A DNA stretch of 64,000 nt from the human T2T-CHM13v2.0 reference genome, Homo sapiens (GCF_009914755.1 NC_060925.1), one strand, 5' to 3'. Positions 49,196 to 61,880 are shown, numbered from the stretch's first letter. Notes: generated by a model from the letters alone, not told the origin. Numbers and translations are program-made.

Positions 49196-49335
49196 TAAAT
49201 GGTCAAAGGGAACAAACTTTCAGTTGTAAGACAAATAAGTTCTGGAGGCCTAATGTACAGCATGGTAACTATACTTAGTAATAATGGATTGTATAGTTGA
49301 AATCTGTTAACAGAATAGAACTTAAGTGTTCTCAC
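49196..49335 (+). mobile_element. L1MA/MB 3'UTR fragment
   Basis: CAAACTTTCAGTTGTAAGACAAATAAGTTCTGGAGGCCTAATGTACAGCATGGTAACTATA...AGTGTTCTCACCAC. Confidence 0.85.
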
Positions 49336-49353
49336 CACACACACACACACACA

Positions 49354-49403
<50 letters not shown>

Positions 49404-49416
49404 AAAGACAGAGAGA
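49336..49416. repeat. (CA)n(GA)n compound microsatellite
   Basis: Direct reading. Confidence 0.97.
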
Positions 49417-49639
49417 AAATTTGGCCTTTGTCCCTGATGCCTGAGAGGAAAAGTAAATTCTTGTACCTACACCCTGACAATAGGACTGTCTTTGTTATTT
49501 TTTTTTTTTTGGAATGTAGAAGAATGTTTACTGTGGCACTGTTAATACATAGCAGAAAATCAGAAGCAAGTGAAATGTTCATCGATAGAGGATTAATTAC
49601 ATAAATTATGAATTGTTATTTATTAGTCTGTTGGCTTAC

Positions 49640-51023
49640 ACCTGAGTGTATGCTAAACAGATACCTCATAATGGGGGCTGGTCATCAGAAAGACCAACCC
49701 TGTGATTACAGAGTTAGGGCTTTGAGCCAGCCCCACCTCCGGGGAAAGTAGAGAGGTAGGACACTGAATTCAGCCTTGTAGCCAATGATTAAATCAAACA
49801 TACCTACATAGCAAAAGCCCATGAAAAATTCTGGATATGGAAGCTCAGTGGTACTTCCTGGCTGGTAAACAAAATCAATATACCATGACAGTGATGCCTC
49901 CTAATTCCACAAGTGATACAGGAGATAGAAAGAAATTATTTAGGCAGATAGTTAGGGTGAAAGAGACCCTGGCAAAACTTTCCTTCTAACAAGAAGCAGC
50001 TCAGAAATTACTGTCTTTCTAACCACACGCAGTTCAAAGAAATCACTTCTAACAAAGAACAGCCTGGAAGATCCAGCTGTAAAACACAGATAGGCAACTC
50101 CAGCACAAAGGGAGAGTTTCCTGGGTAATCACGAAACTTCACATACATATGATGGGTCCCAATAAAAACACTGGGTCTTAATGAGCACATTCTTTTCCCT
50201 TTTTTTGGGCACACTAAAATAGGGACGCCGAAAGCTTGCAGGGTGATGGAGGCATGCCTGCAGCTACAAGGAGGTACCTGGGACCAGGCATAGAAACTCC
50301 CCCTCCCCTTTTTAGCAGATGCACGGTGCAAGGATAAGCAGCATGGAGTAGCCCAAGCTAAGAGCCCACCTGCAGGATAAAAGAGTGAGGTCGAGGGTGC
50401 TAGAAACAGAGACTCTGCTCTATGCTGGTGGCACACCTGGTCCTAACCAGGTTTTTGCACCCTATGTAGATAAGATACCCCCTCCCCACTAGCTCATTTA
50501 TATAAACCCTTACATTTTACTGCAGCATGGCAACCCATTTGGGACCTCTCTCTGTGACAGAGAGCTGTTCTTCTCCATTCACCTATTGAACTTCTGCTGT
50601 AACCTCGCCCTTTGTGTTCGCATCTTTGATTTCCATGACCATGAGAAAAAGAATCTCAGGTGATATCCCAGACAGTGAGGCTGCTACACAGAAGAAGGCA
50701 TGGGAGCTCTGCATATAAAGCCCTCCCAGACTTAACCTTCACCTTGTGTGTCTCTTCATTTGGCTGGTCCTGATTTGTATCCTTTATAATAAAACTGTAA
50801 TCATACTTTTCTGTGTTTTGTGAGTCTTCCTAGCAAATTATGAAATTGAAAGGAAATGTGGGAAACACAGAATTCATGGCCCATTGATAATAAGTGCAGG
50901 TGGCCTGAGGAACCTCAAAATGCACCTAACATTTGAAGTGAGGGCAGTTATGTTGGGGACTGTGCTCTTTAGCTTGTGAGGTATATGCTAACTGCAGGTA
51001 GTTAGTGTCAGAACTGTACTGCA
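49640..51023 (+). mobile_element. MER21C-like LTR, split by a younger LTR
   Basis: GGGGGCTGGTCATCAGAAAGACCAACC...; resumes with CTCTTCATTTGGCTGGTCCTGATTTGTATCCTTTATAATAAAACTG...GTTAGTGTCAGAA. Confidence 0.8.
49914..50688 (+). mobile_element. LTR9/LTR25-like ERV1 solo LTR
   Basis: Starts TGATACAGGAGATAGAAAGAAATTATTTAGGCAGATAG and ends ...CAGACAGTGAGGCTGCTACA. TSD is ambiguous. Confidence 0.75.
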
Positions 51024-51996
51024 GCAGACTAGTTGGTTCACAATAATGGGCGTTTTGTGATGCTCCATCTCATTAAAAAAAAAAAACAAACAAAACAGTA
51101 ACATCATAGGCAGACATACCATCAGCTCCTAGGTCTCTCTTCTAGCTCTGCACTAATGCAAATATTTGTCAATGTGTGCTTACTGAGAAGAGGCCACAAG
51201 ATATAAGATTCAAACTTAATACTCATGACCAGGTAAAAAAAAAAAATTGGAACTTGGAGTAGAGAAAATACTTTCATCTTGTGAAAAGCAAAAAGGATAT
51301 TGTTGCCTAATATGGGATGATGAGAAACAAATGCAAAAGGAATACAAGTCAAACTTACTATGACTCCTCTCTCATCCATGACATCATACCACAACATATG
51401 AGCATGAAGTGAGATTATAAAGTTCTCTGGATATGTGGTTTGTACAAGAATTAGTCAGGTATATATCCCCTCAGTCATTTTGGTGGAGAAAAATTATTCC
51501 CCATAAGCAGATGGGAGAAAAAAAAGATTCAAGGAATTGTCATTTGAATCAGTTTGCACATATTCTATTAAAAGGAAATAAAACTTCAAAATCCTACAAC
51601 CTTTGTACAACTTGAGCTTATTGAATAAAAAAATACTGTGGTCTGGGCCCCTTTACCTCAGTACTCCCAGTTGATACCTATTATCAACTATAAAATGGCC
51701 ATTTCAAAAATATTTTAATGCTTTTAATGCTTGGATAATTTTACTAAGTTCAGATATTTTTATACTGCTATACTTAGTAACACCCATCATACTTACTAAT
51801 ATAGACACAACCCCTAAAATTATATTGGCACTTTTTTCAGAGTTAAAATTAATACTGTTAATTTATTGTAAAGAAACCAAAATAATCCTTCTTCAATATA
51901 TGATATATGGATCCCATAAATTGGTATATAGGATATTGGTAATTTGTATATTAGAATAGGACACACATATATACACACAAAAATACACACATATAA

Positions 51997-52202
51997 TGGA
52001 AGTCCTCACTTAACCTTGTTGATAGGTTCTTGGAAACTACAACTTTAAGAAAAATAATGTATCCTAAAACCATTTTTTTGTCATAAACATTATAACAAAA
52101 CAACATTGAACTAAACAATGTTATTTGAGGGCCTTCTCTGTCATTTTGCTTATAGTTGCAGTTTCCAAGAACTTATTCATGATGTTAAGTGAGGATTTTT
52201 TG
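51997..52202. mobile_element. MER6B-like Tigger MITE
   Basis: Inverted arms TCCTCACTTAAC/GTTAAGTGAGGA and GTTCTTGGAAACT/AGTTTCCAAGAAC. Confidence 0.8.
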
Positions 52203-52313
52203 TACATATATACACAAATACATATATGTATGTGGGCATATATATCTTCTGTTTTTAAGAACACATCTATTAAACATCAGTGTTGCATTTTCTCATGTAA
52301 AACATCACAAAAC

Positions 52314-52768
<455 letters not shown>

Positions 52769-53542
52769 CTACCACCACAGAATCCTAACGCTTTATGCCT
52801 GAAGGAATAATAATTTTATGTGTGCTATTAACCACTTGAAGGCAGTGAGCTATTCTCTCTTGATAAGGTAAAAGCCTTTATAAAAAGTTGTCCTATTATC
52901 AATATTAGAAGATCTTTTTTTTGAAAGGTAACAAATCTTGTTTAACACAGTGAGCTACAATGGTTTCTAACAAAACAACCTGAGTATTGAAATTGGTTGT
53001 TTAAAAAATGCCAGTCATCAGAGCTAAATAAAATATGAACTCAAGACTAAATGTAAAAACATAAATAAGACTAAATGTAAAATGTATTATTGAATACAAT
53101 TACCAGAAAATTATGCTTTTCAGATTGTTTTTTGAAAGTTATTATTGCTGCCTGGTAATTGTTTTTTATCATTCTGTGTGTGTCCTCTCTTTGTTAGTAG
53201 GCTCTAAGCTCCTCTAGAATAAAAATTATCATATAATTTTATAATCACCATATTTACATTGTATTTTCACACTCAAAACACTTGAGAATTTCCTATCTGC
53301 ATTTAATTTTTTAAAAGCACTTTCATGATTCTACATCCTCCTCCACCTACGTTTCCTCTTCCTAGCTGCTAAGTAACTTCCAAGGTGTGGTTCAAAGGTC
53401 TGTATTATCCTGTATATAATTTGTTCACCATCCTTTTGGATTTAAATCCTATCTATATTCAAGTGAGTCCTTTTTGCAACTTGGATCTCTTCAGTCAAGT
53501 TCAATCTTATGAAGCCAGTTGTTTACTTGACACCTTTTCTGG

Positions 53543-53592
53543 AATAGAGATCTCCATCCAATAGAGATCTCCATCCAATAGAGATCTCCATC
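53543..53592. repeat. 3 x 17-bp tandem repeat AATAGAGATCTCCATCC
   Basis: Copies at 53543, 53560 and 53577 (the last is 16/17). Confidence 0.95.
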
Positions 53593-54139
53593 TAAAACCT
53601 GTTCTCTTCTGCAGAGAGTGAAAAGGAAAAAAATGTCTCACTTATTTTTTTCAAATAAGCTTTCACATGTAATCACATATATTTGTTTCAATCAATATTC
53701 AATGTAAGTTCAGGTAGTAAAACAGATCCCACTCTACCTAGAGCCAAACCACAGTGAATGCATGCTAGGTTTAAATTTGTTTTACTCTGATAGCACATCA
53801 AAATGTGTCAGCTAGAATAACATGCTTAATCTCTGTGACATATTCTTCACAGTCTTGTGATGAGAATTTTCTCCAGAATAATTCAAGCAGAAGTGTTTCC
53901 AGTATTTACTGATTTAGTTTTTAAAATCATTATCGAACACACGATAAAATGCTATTTAATTATTTTTAAATTATGAAATAAAACACATCTATGTTAAATA
54001 CTAGAGTTTGTAAAATTAATATATTTAACCTTTGCTGGCACATGATATTATATTTGTTGACATCTCCATATAGTAATTATACTACAAATCTAGTGTATAT
54101 TATATTCATTATTGCAACTGATATTTAACACTAAACTGA

Positions 54140-54335
54140 GAACAAATCCTGGCTTTGCTACTTACTGGTTATGAAATACCAGATAAATGACAACCTTTCT
54201 CAGTTTTCTGCTTTTTTAAAATGATAATAATCCTTTTATTCATTTCCTATGGATGCTATAAAAATGAAAAAAGATGAAAACATACAAAGCTTATAAGAGT
54301 GTCTAAACCATAGAAAGTGTTCAATAAAGCATAGC
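54140..54335 (+). mobile_element. MIR
   Basis: AAATCCTGGCTTTGCTACTTACTGG...AACCTTTCTCAGTTTTCT...AAAATGATAATAAT...AGTGTTCAATAAA. Confidence 0.7.
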
Positions 54336-56847
54336 TAGAATGTTGTGACCTACTATAGAGGTGGTGAAGTAATACCAGAGAATGGGACACAATTGATCAT
54401 AAGTTTAGGGAACTTAGCTTCTGCTGAGAAAGATAATTTTTAAAATACAAATAAATGAACAAACTAATTGTGCCTCCATGTATCATAATAAGAGTATATT
54501 ATCAATGGATTAAGCAAGAGTTGAGGGCTTAGCATGAACGATCCATGAGATTGGAGTTTAGTGAGTGAAGATAAGTGACACCATTAGAAATATCCACAGA
54601 CCAGAAATAACAGTGAACCTTGTCAAATGTTGATTAGGCATTTGATCTAAAATGTTTTATCCAAAACATTTTGGTTATAAATCAGTAAACTAATAAATAT
54701 TACTTGATGCATAATATTATTTAAAACATTTGGACATATGTCAGACTTTTCCTAATTAATAAATCATGTTTGTTATTTAAATTACTATAATTATTTACAT
54801 AGGAAGTTTGACTTCTGAATGGTAAATTTAAAATGTTATATTCTGTTTTGTTTTAGAAAGGCTATATATTAAAATTTAGAATTATACTTAACAGTACATT
54901 ATAACTTTCAAAACATAGTTTTAAAAGTTAGGACTTATTGCTTTTGTACTTAAAGAAACTGGTTTATTTTCATATTTTAAAGTTGTATTTTTAAGACATG
55001 TTAAGAAGTTCCCTTTATATATTTTTTATGCATTAGACCCTAATGTGGGATAGGAATTTATCAATTTCTAATAAAAAAAGAAAGATTTAACCTAATAATT
55101 ACCATACTTTTTGATAACCTTTACAGAGCTAGAAATAACATCAAAGTCTTTTTTAAATGTTTTGTTTAGATTAATTCAATTTAGAAAACTTATACATACA
55201 AAAAACACTTAAATAAACAGCTTAAAGAATTATGATAAGCTACCCTTAGATACTCACAATTTTCATTGGGAATTGCCTGTCTTTCCCTCCTTATTTTTGG
55301 TCACCTAGAGTTTATTAGATGTTCGTTGGAGAACCTTGTCTTCAGTCTTCTTTTCCTGAGTTAATACTGAGAGAGTCTTCAGGGTTTCACCTTAACTGAC
55401 TGAGGTCCTTTAACAAAAGGCCTTGAAGGCCATATCCTAGCTTATTTTTTGCCCCAAGCCTGAATAATAAACAACCTTTGTTGCTCAAACACCTTTTCAG
55501 TGTAATCACTTAGTAGTTATAAATGAGAATGAATGAGACAGGAAATATCATTCTCCCATAAACACAGGTCCCATAGGGAGGGTCAGGAAGTCTGTGGACA
55601 GCAGCCACTTCTTACAGCAAACGGTGGTGGGGGAGAATATTATACATATTACTGATAAAAGTTACAAATTAATTGGAAAAATTTAGCATTATATATTAAT
55701 AGAGAAAAATTTTAATTTTTACATTTTCCCCTATTTTTACCTAAAACAAATTTATACTAATAGCTCACTAAAATGAAGTAAACATGATAAACAATAAAAA
55801 TTAATTTGAGCAGCTTTAATAACACATTATAAAGAAACAAAAACAATAATTGTATTAAAGAATTCTTAGTTAAAGAGTCAATCTGAATCAACATTACTAC
55901 CAAACTCCACAAATAAAATAAAACTTAGTTACATTGTTCCCTGAAGATAAGTTAATTTGTGCAGGATGTAAAGTACATCTTTGCACAATTTATATACAAA
56001 AAAGTTTGCCAAACAGATTAAATGTTTAAAGGGTGTAGGAGATAAGTTTTTATCTTCTCTAAGAATAACTTGACAATATATATTACATTTGTGAAGAAAT
56101 CCTGTTAATGGCACACTGTTTTTGTTAAAGTATTAAAGCAGGATCTCTAGGGAATTCTATCAGCAACATGTTTATGAACTTAGCCCAAATCAGTGCATGG
56201 AGCTAAGGTATAATAAAAATATGTGTGTTTAGAATTATCAAATATTAGTGCTGTGAGACAGTAGATATCACTGTTAGGTGTGGTGGCTCATGCTTGCAAT
56301 CCCAGCACTTTGAGAGGCTGAGGTGGGCTAATTGCTTGAGCCCAAGAGTTCCAGACTGTTAGTGGTGGAAGAGATCCAAGTCACCATCCCCCAATCCATA
56401 CACGTCTGCAGCAATTTCAATTCTTGCCTCCTCAGAAGAAAGAATTTGACTGAGGGGCATAAAGCAGAAAAAAGAGACCTAGGTGAGTTCCAGAGCAGGA
56501 GTGGAAGTTAATTTTAATTAACTTCCTTTTTAAAGCTTTTTAAAGCTTCAGAACAATAAAAAAAAAATAAAAGAATCCTTGGAAGAGATACAAGTGGGTG
56601 CCTGAAGGTCAAAGAGAGAAAACAGGAGTGACCTTATAGGCTGGAACTTTATAGGCTTCATCCTGGAACTTTATAGGAACTTTATCCTGGAACTTTATAG
56701 GCTCACTTTTTTCCCATCATTCTTCCCTTAGGGTGGGCTTCTGCATGCAGTGTCTTTCTTACCCTTGGGAATTGAGCACAGGCAATGTATTTAAGGGGTC
56801 ATAGGCATGCCCTTCTGAGGCCTTCTTCCCTTTTCTGGTAGCATGTA

Positions 56848-57769
56848 TGTAAGCAAAATGGATGTGCTGCAATCAAGAACAGGCCGAGGCAGGCATCTGG
56901 TCCAGGATGACTCAGAGAGTTTGGAGTGCAGGTGCACAACTCTACCCATTATGTAACCTGTTTGTGTAAGCTCATCACCTGGCTCTGAGCCACTATTGTC
57001 TGTGAGGTGCATAGATGCATCACCAATACTGTGAGAGCACAGGCATAATGGAGCCAAGCTGGAGCCAGCCACCTTGCAGGCAGACAGCAGGGAGCCAAGA
57101 ATTGGCGAGTGTGCCAGGGAGTGCAGCTGCAGGCATTCGGGGGGCAGGAGCCACAAAGCTGGCTGCTGAGAGGGGATGCTGCCAGAGCAAGTAGCCGAGA
57201 TAAAGGCTGACAGAAAAAGACAGAGAGAGCCATCCACCTTGCAGGTGGACAAGGGGAGACGAAGACTGCACAAGGCTTGTGTCCAGAGAGAGAATAAAGC
57301 CATGTCAAAACTCTCTGTGATCCTTTGAGTGTTCTTTTGGCTGCCCCCACTCGTCCACCCACTCCCCTCGGTCCTCAGCTTGGGCCAGAACCTGAAACTT
57401 GGCATGACATTTGGTGTAGTCGGCACGATTACTGAGGTGAGTGAGCCTTCGGTCCCCACTGATTCTGGGTTGGCCATGTGGCTGCAACGTGGGTTATAGT
57501 ACCCATTGGCAGCTATGCTGCTCAGATGGGCTTTGGTGGAAACCTGGGCAGTGATAGATTAATCCCCCGTGACCATGGAGAGAGAGACAACCGCCTTGCA
57601 GGCAGATGAGGGGAGAGAGAGATTGCACACCACTTGTGCCCAGAGAGAGAGAATAAAGCCATGTTGAAACTCCTTATGATTACAAGAGTGTTCTTTCAGC
57701 TGCCTGCCACATGTCCAGTCACACCACACATTCCTCAGCTTAGGCTAGAACCTGACACTTGGAGTGACA
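56848..57769 (+). mobile_element. Internally deleted HERV-S/HERVL18 provirus: 5' LTR18 (56848-57409), PBS and leader, partial 3' LTR (~57578-57769)
   Basis: TGTAAG...TGACA LTR; the LTR tail is repeated with AATAAA at 57293 and 57652; 5-bp TSD ATGTA/GTGTA. Confidence 0.85.
57412..57429 (+). promoter_or_regulatory. Retroviral primer-binding site complementary to tRNA-Ser
   Basis: TGGTGTAGTCGGCACGAT vs tRNA-Ser 3' complement TGGCGTAGTCGGCAGGAT (16/18), 2 nt after the LTR CA. Confidence 0.85.
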
Positions 57770-58283
57770 GTGTACCTGGAAGATCATACTTTGCCATTTT
57801 TGTCTCTTAATGTGCATGCCCAGGAAGTTGCTTCTTCCTGGGGCCTGAAATCAATTAACATTTTAATGTTAATGGGTGTGGACCATCAGGAAATGGCCTC
57901 CCCAGGCCTAGCTGCCAATTTAGCACTTTTAGAGAGGCAATGTGATTGCCTAACCATCACCTGACATTTCTAGTGGGTGGGGAGAAGAACTCTCTCTTTC
58001 CTCACTCATGCCTAACTACTTGTAACAAGACCAGCCTGGGTGACATGGCAAAACTCTGTCTCTACTGAGAATACAAAAACTAGCTGGGCATGGTGGTAGA
58101 CAGCTGTAGTTCCAGCTACTCAGGAGGCTGAGGTGGGAGAATTGCTTGAGATCAAGGCTGCAGTGAGCAGTGATCTCACCATTGTACTCCATCTAGCCTG
58201 GGCAACAGTGCAAGACCCTGTCTCAAAAAAATAAAATAAAATAAGAGAGAGAGAGATCACCTGATTTAATATATTCCAAATTA

Positions 58284-58655
58284 CACTCACGCTTTGCTTA
58301 AAGATGAATATACTTTCTGAGAAATGTGACATAAGGCGATTTTGTTCATTGTGTGAACATCATAGAATGTACTTACACAAACCTCTTATATGGTATAGTC
58401 TACTACACACCTAGGCTACAAATCTGTGCAGCATGTTACTTTAGCGAATACTGTAGTCAATTGTAACACAATGGTAAGTACTTGCATATGTAAATATATC
58501 TAAATATAGAAAAGGTAAGGTCTTGCTTGTGCTACTATGTTACCAGGGCTACTACAATGTCACTAGGCAATAGGAATTTTTTTAGCTCCATTATAATCCT
58601 ATGGAAATGCTGTGCTCCAAGGTTGACCAAAACACCCTTATGTGGTACATAACTG
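58284..58655 (+). mobile_element. Tigger3 (Golem/MER7) MITE
   Basis: TTCTGAGAAATGTGACATAAGGCGATTTTG...TGTGAACATCATAGAATGTACTTACACAAACCT...CATAACTG. Confidence 0.85.
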
Positions 58656-58772
58656 TGTAATTATCAGTTAGTTAATAGCTCATGCATTTTAGATTCTGAC
58701 TAGCACTAAAAAGAAAAATTGAACAGAATAAGTAGGTTAGAGAGAATCATATGCTATAATGTTATTTTGGGT

Positions 58773-58967
58773 AAAAATTATATATAAAAATATATATAAT
58801 TTATATATTATATATAATTATATCTTCTACCTTGAAATTTATATCTGTGTATATATGTATTATATATGTATATATAATTTTTATATAAAAATTATATATA
58901 AAAATATAAATATATAAAAATTTTATATAAAAATCATATATACATATATATAAAAATTTCAAGGTAG
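58773..58967. repeat. AT-rich quasi-palindrome
   Basis: TA-rich tract bounded by CTACCTTGAAATTT (58827-58840) and its exact reverse complement (58954-58967). Confidence 0.9.
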
Positions 58968-60419
58968 CATGCAAAATGTTTTTACTTTGGTGACAAGGAA
59001 AAATCTTTGAAGGTCTCTGAGTTAAACTATGACTTTGATGTTTTTCTAGTAAAGAAAGAAAGTTTTTACAAATTTAAAAGATTTTCCCTAACGTCTCATA
59101 GTGAATCAGGACTGAGCTATGACTATTATAATCTACTGTCATGATTTTCAGTCTACTGTTTTTTTCAATACTCAATAAACACATTATTACCAAGAAGAAA
59201 ATACCTTTCTAAAAACTAGAAACCTCACTTTAAATAGTCCTCAGGATTGAAAGAACACTTTAGAAGGAATATTTTTTATTTATTTTCCAGTATGCAAAAA
59301 AAATGAAAGATAGCTTTGGCTATTGTGCTTTTATTTTCTGACATCCCCCTTTCTTATTTTTTAACTAATAGAGACTAATTTTTCACCTTAGTAAATCAAA
59401 ACTAAAATGATTATATGATGTTTGTTGTTACTGATACGAATAATATCTTGCTAAGATTCAAAATATTATTTTTATTTTTTGCTTTAATTAAGTGAATATG
59501 AGCTATTCTAGGCAGAACCTATATAAAATACAACAATGTCAAATAATTGTAATGACTCAATAACTTTTGAATTAAAATGTGCAAGCTGTTATTATTAGGT
59601 CTTCAGAAACAAACACACTAAACGAGTATTCTTTTGTTCCTTTGAAAGCAATTAGAACTTTTCTAAAAGTCTTTGTATGCATTTATCCACATACTTTGTA
59701 TGCAGATAGGCTAGAGGCATGTTTTGCTGTACAAAAGATGTTTTAAGATAAATATCCAGTAATAATAGTAGTTATCTTCTATAATTAATGTTTAAATATG
59801 GTAATAATATTTTCACCTTATAGAAATAAAAATTTTTCTATTATTTACAAACTGTAAACAAGTGACTTCTATTTTGAATATTTACTAGTTCATACATTTT
59901 GTACTTCTTCCTTGTATTTATATAAAATTTATTGTGTCAGATATAATGAAAAATACAATTGCAAATTGTTAGAGAAAAGTATAGCATTTTAAAGATTAAA
60001 AATTATATATAAAATCATGTAGAAGTTTTATAACTCTTTGCTTATGTAAAATTTACTGGAATCATTCTAATATTCTCTAGAATAAATTTAAAATAAAAGT
60101 AAAATTTATGCTAAATAATTAACTATTTAATGATTAACGTAAAAATGGATGAATGGTTAGGTTAGGTTACATATATCAGACTCTTCTCCAGAGTACAGTA
60201 GTTCAGTTTGACTTCAATTTACCCCATTTTGTGTGAAGCTCTTTTCCAGAATATTTTGATAAAGAAGAACAAGTGAAAATTAAATAAAGCAAACAAACAG
60301 GAATGGAACACATATGTATATAACATGTATGTCTGTATGTATCATTATATTTATGTTTCTATGCATATATGCAAATGTGTGTATGTACTTGTGTGTGTGT
60401 GTGTATAAGTATTTACTTC

Positions 60420-61880
60420 TCCAAATTCAGTGAGAAACACTAATCTATCAATACTGAAAAACTAGTGAATCTCAAGCATGATAAAAAAAAGAAAACTACA
60501 TTAAGGCATATCATAGTAAATCTGCTACAAACAAAAAATGAATAAAGTATCTGGAAAGAAGCTGAAGAATAAGGATATATCATACAGTTTACAAAAGTAA
60601 GAATGACAGATAATTTTTTTACCATAAACAATTAAGACTTAAAAAAAACAGAATGCCATCTCTTAAGTGCTCAAAGAAAGAAAAATTACCAACCAAAACT
60701 TAAATATCCAGCAAAAATATTTTTCAAATGTAAGAGTGAAATGGAAACATTTTCAGATAAACAAAAGTATAATGAATTTGATGCCAGAAGACCTACATAC
60801 AAAAAGATATTTTTAAATCTCAAGTTTAAGTAAAATGATACAATGTGGGAACTTGATTCTATAAGAAGAAATGAAGGACCCCAGAAATGGTAAAAAATAC
60901 AGATAAATATAAAAGAATATTACATATTTTTTTTCTAATTTCTTTAAAAGAAATTTTTCAAATAAAAGCTAATATTGATGCTTTTGCAGCTTATTTACCA
61001 AAATAATATTTTTTCAGAATAGATGCATGTAGATAGAATTGTATTATTCTAAAAAATAGTATATTTTAACTGAAATAATTCAATATAAATTATAAGTAGA
61101 CTAATTAGTTAAGGAGCCATATCATAACCCCTGGAGCAAAATCTAATAAAGTAATGCAAAAATACATAGTAAAAAAATTGAATAAATTGAAATAAAAATT
61201 AAAAAAATAAGTATTGACTTAAAAGAAGGAAGAGAAAGAAAAGGACAGAAACGAAATAAAAATGGATTGGACAAATAAAAATAAATAAATAAATATCAAA
61301 ATCAACTTAAATGCCATAATATTAGTAATTCATTAAATAGAAATAGACTAAATACAACAAATAGAAGACAGAGATTGTGAGACTGGATTAAACAAAGAGA
61401 ACAAAACAAAAAATAGACAAAATGAATTATGTCTAAGACTCAAAATATTAAACATGATATATTCTGAAAACATTCAAATGGAATCAGATGTGGCTCTATC
61501 AATGTGAAAGTAGATTTCAAAGATAACTTGTATTAACAAAGATAAAGAAATACATTTTACAACGACAGAAGTTCCTACTCATTAGAAGACATGAAGATTA
61601 CAAAGTCATATTCCTCTAATAATAGATTTTCTAAATTCAGATTATAAATTCCTGAACAGAACTAAAGGTAGAAATAGAAACACGTTAAGACTTTTAAAAA
61701 CACCTCTTTCAACATGTGGGATAAGAAGTAGAAATGTAGACAGAAGTTATCATGGTTTGAACAACAATATAAAACAAATTGATATTTATAAAATGCCAAC
61801 TGTAAGATAAGCATAATTTTCAAGTCTTTATAAAACATTCACCAAGAAAAGGCATATGCTTGACCATAAAATAAATTTCG
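60420..61880 (+). mobile_element. Old L1M (L1ME-like) ORF1 end, spacer and ORF2 start
   Basis: AAATATCCAGCAAAAATATTTTTCAAA...GAAACATTTTCAGATAAACAAA and GACAGAGATTGTGAGACTGGATTAAA motifs. Confidence 0.75.

Larger units (their letters stand above)
56357..58027 (-). mobile_element. MER50 ERV1 solo LTR, split by an LTR18 element
   Basis: Minus strand starts TGTTACAAGTAGTTAGGCATGAG...CCCACCCACTAGAAATGTCAGGTGATGG; TSD AGAC. Confidence 0.85.
56274..58245 (+). mobile_element. AluJ split into 56274-56356 and 58028-58245
   Basis: ...GAGTTCCAGAC | AGACCAGCCTGGG... rejoins into a continuous Alu with a 4-bp AGAC duplication. Confidence 0.92.

Noticed and set aside
53543-53592. CRISPR-like repeat
   Set aside because: Head-to-tail repeats with no spacers, in eukaryotic DNA with no cas genes.
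55250-55640. Possible old LTR fragment
   Set aside because: Composition is suggestive, but I could not assign a family or termini.
57412-57430. tRNA-Ser gene
   Set aside because: Only 18-19 nt of complementarity directly after an LTR, so this is a PBS with no cloverleaf.
56791-57477. Longest ORF (228 aa, minus strand)
   Set aside because: Antisense to the GC-richer LTR18 and crosses into MER50. No recognisable domain; consistent with a chance ORF.
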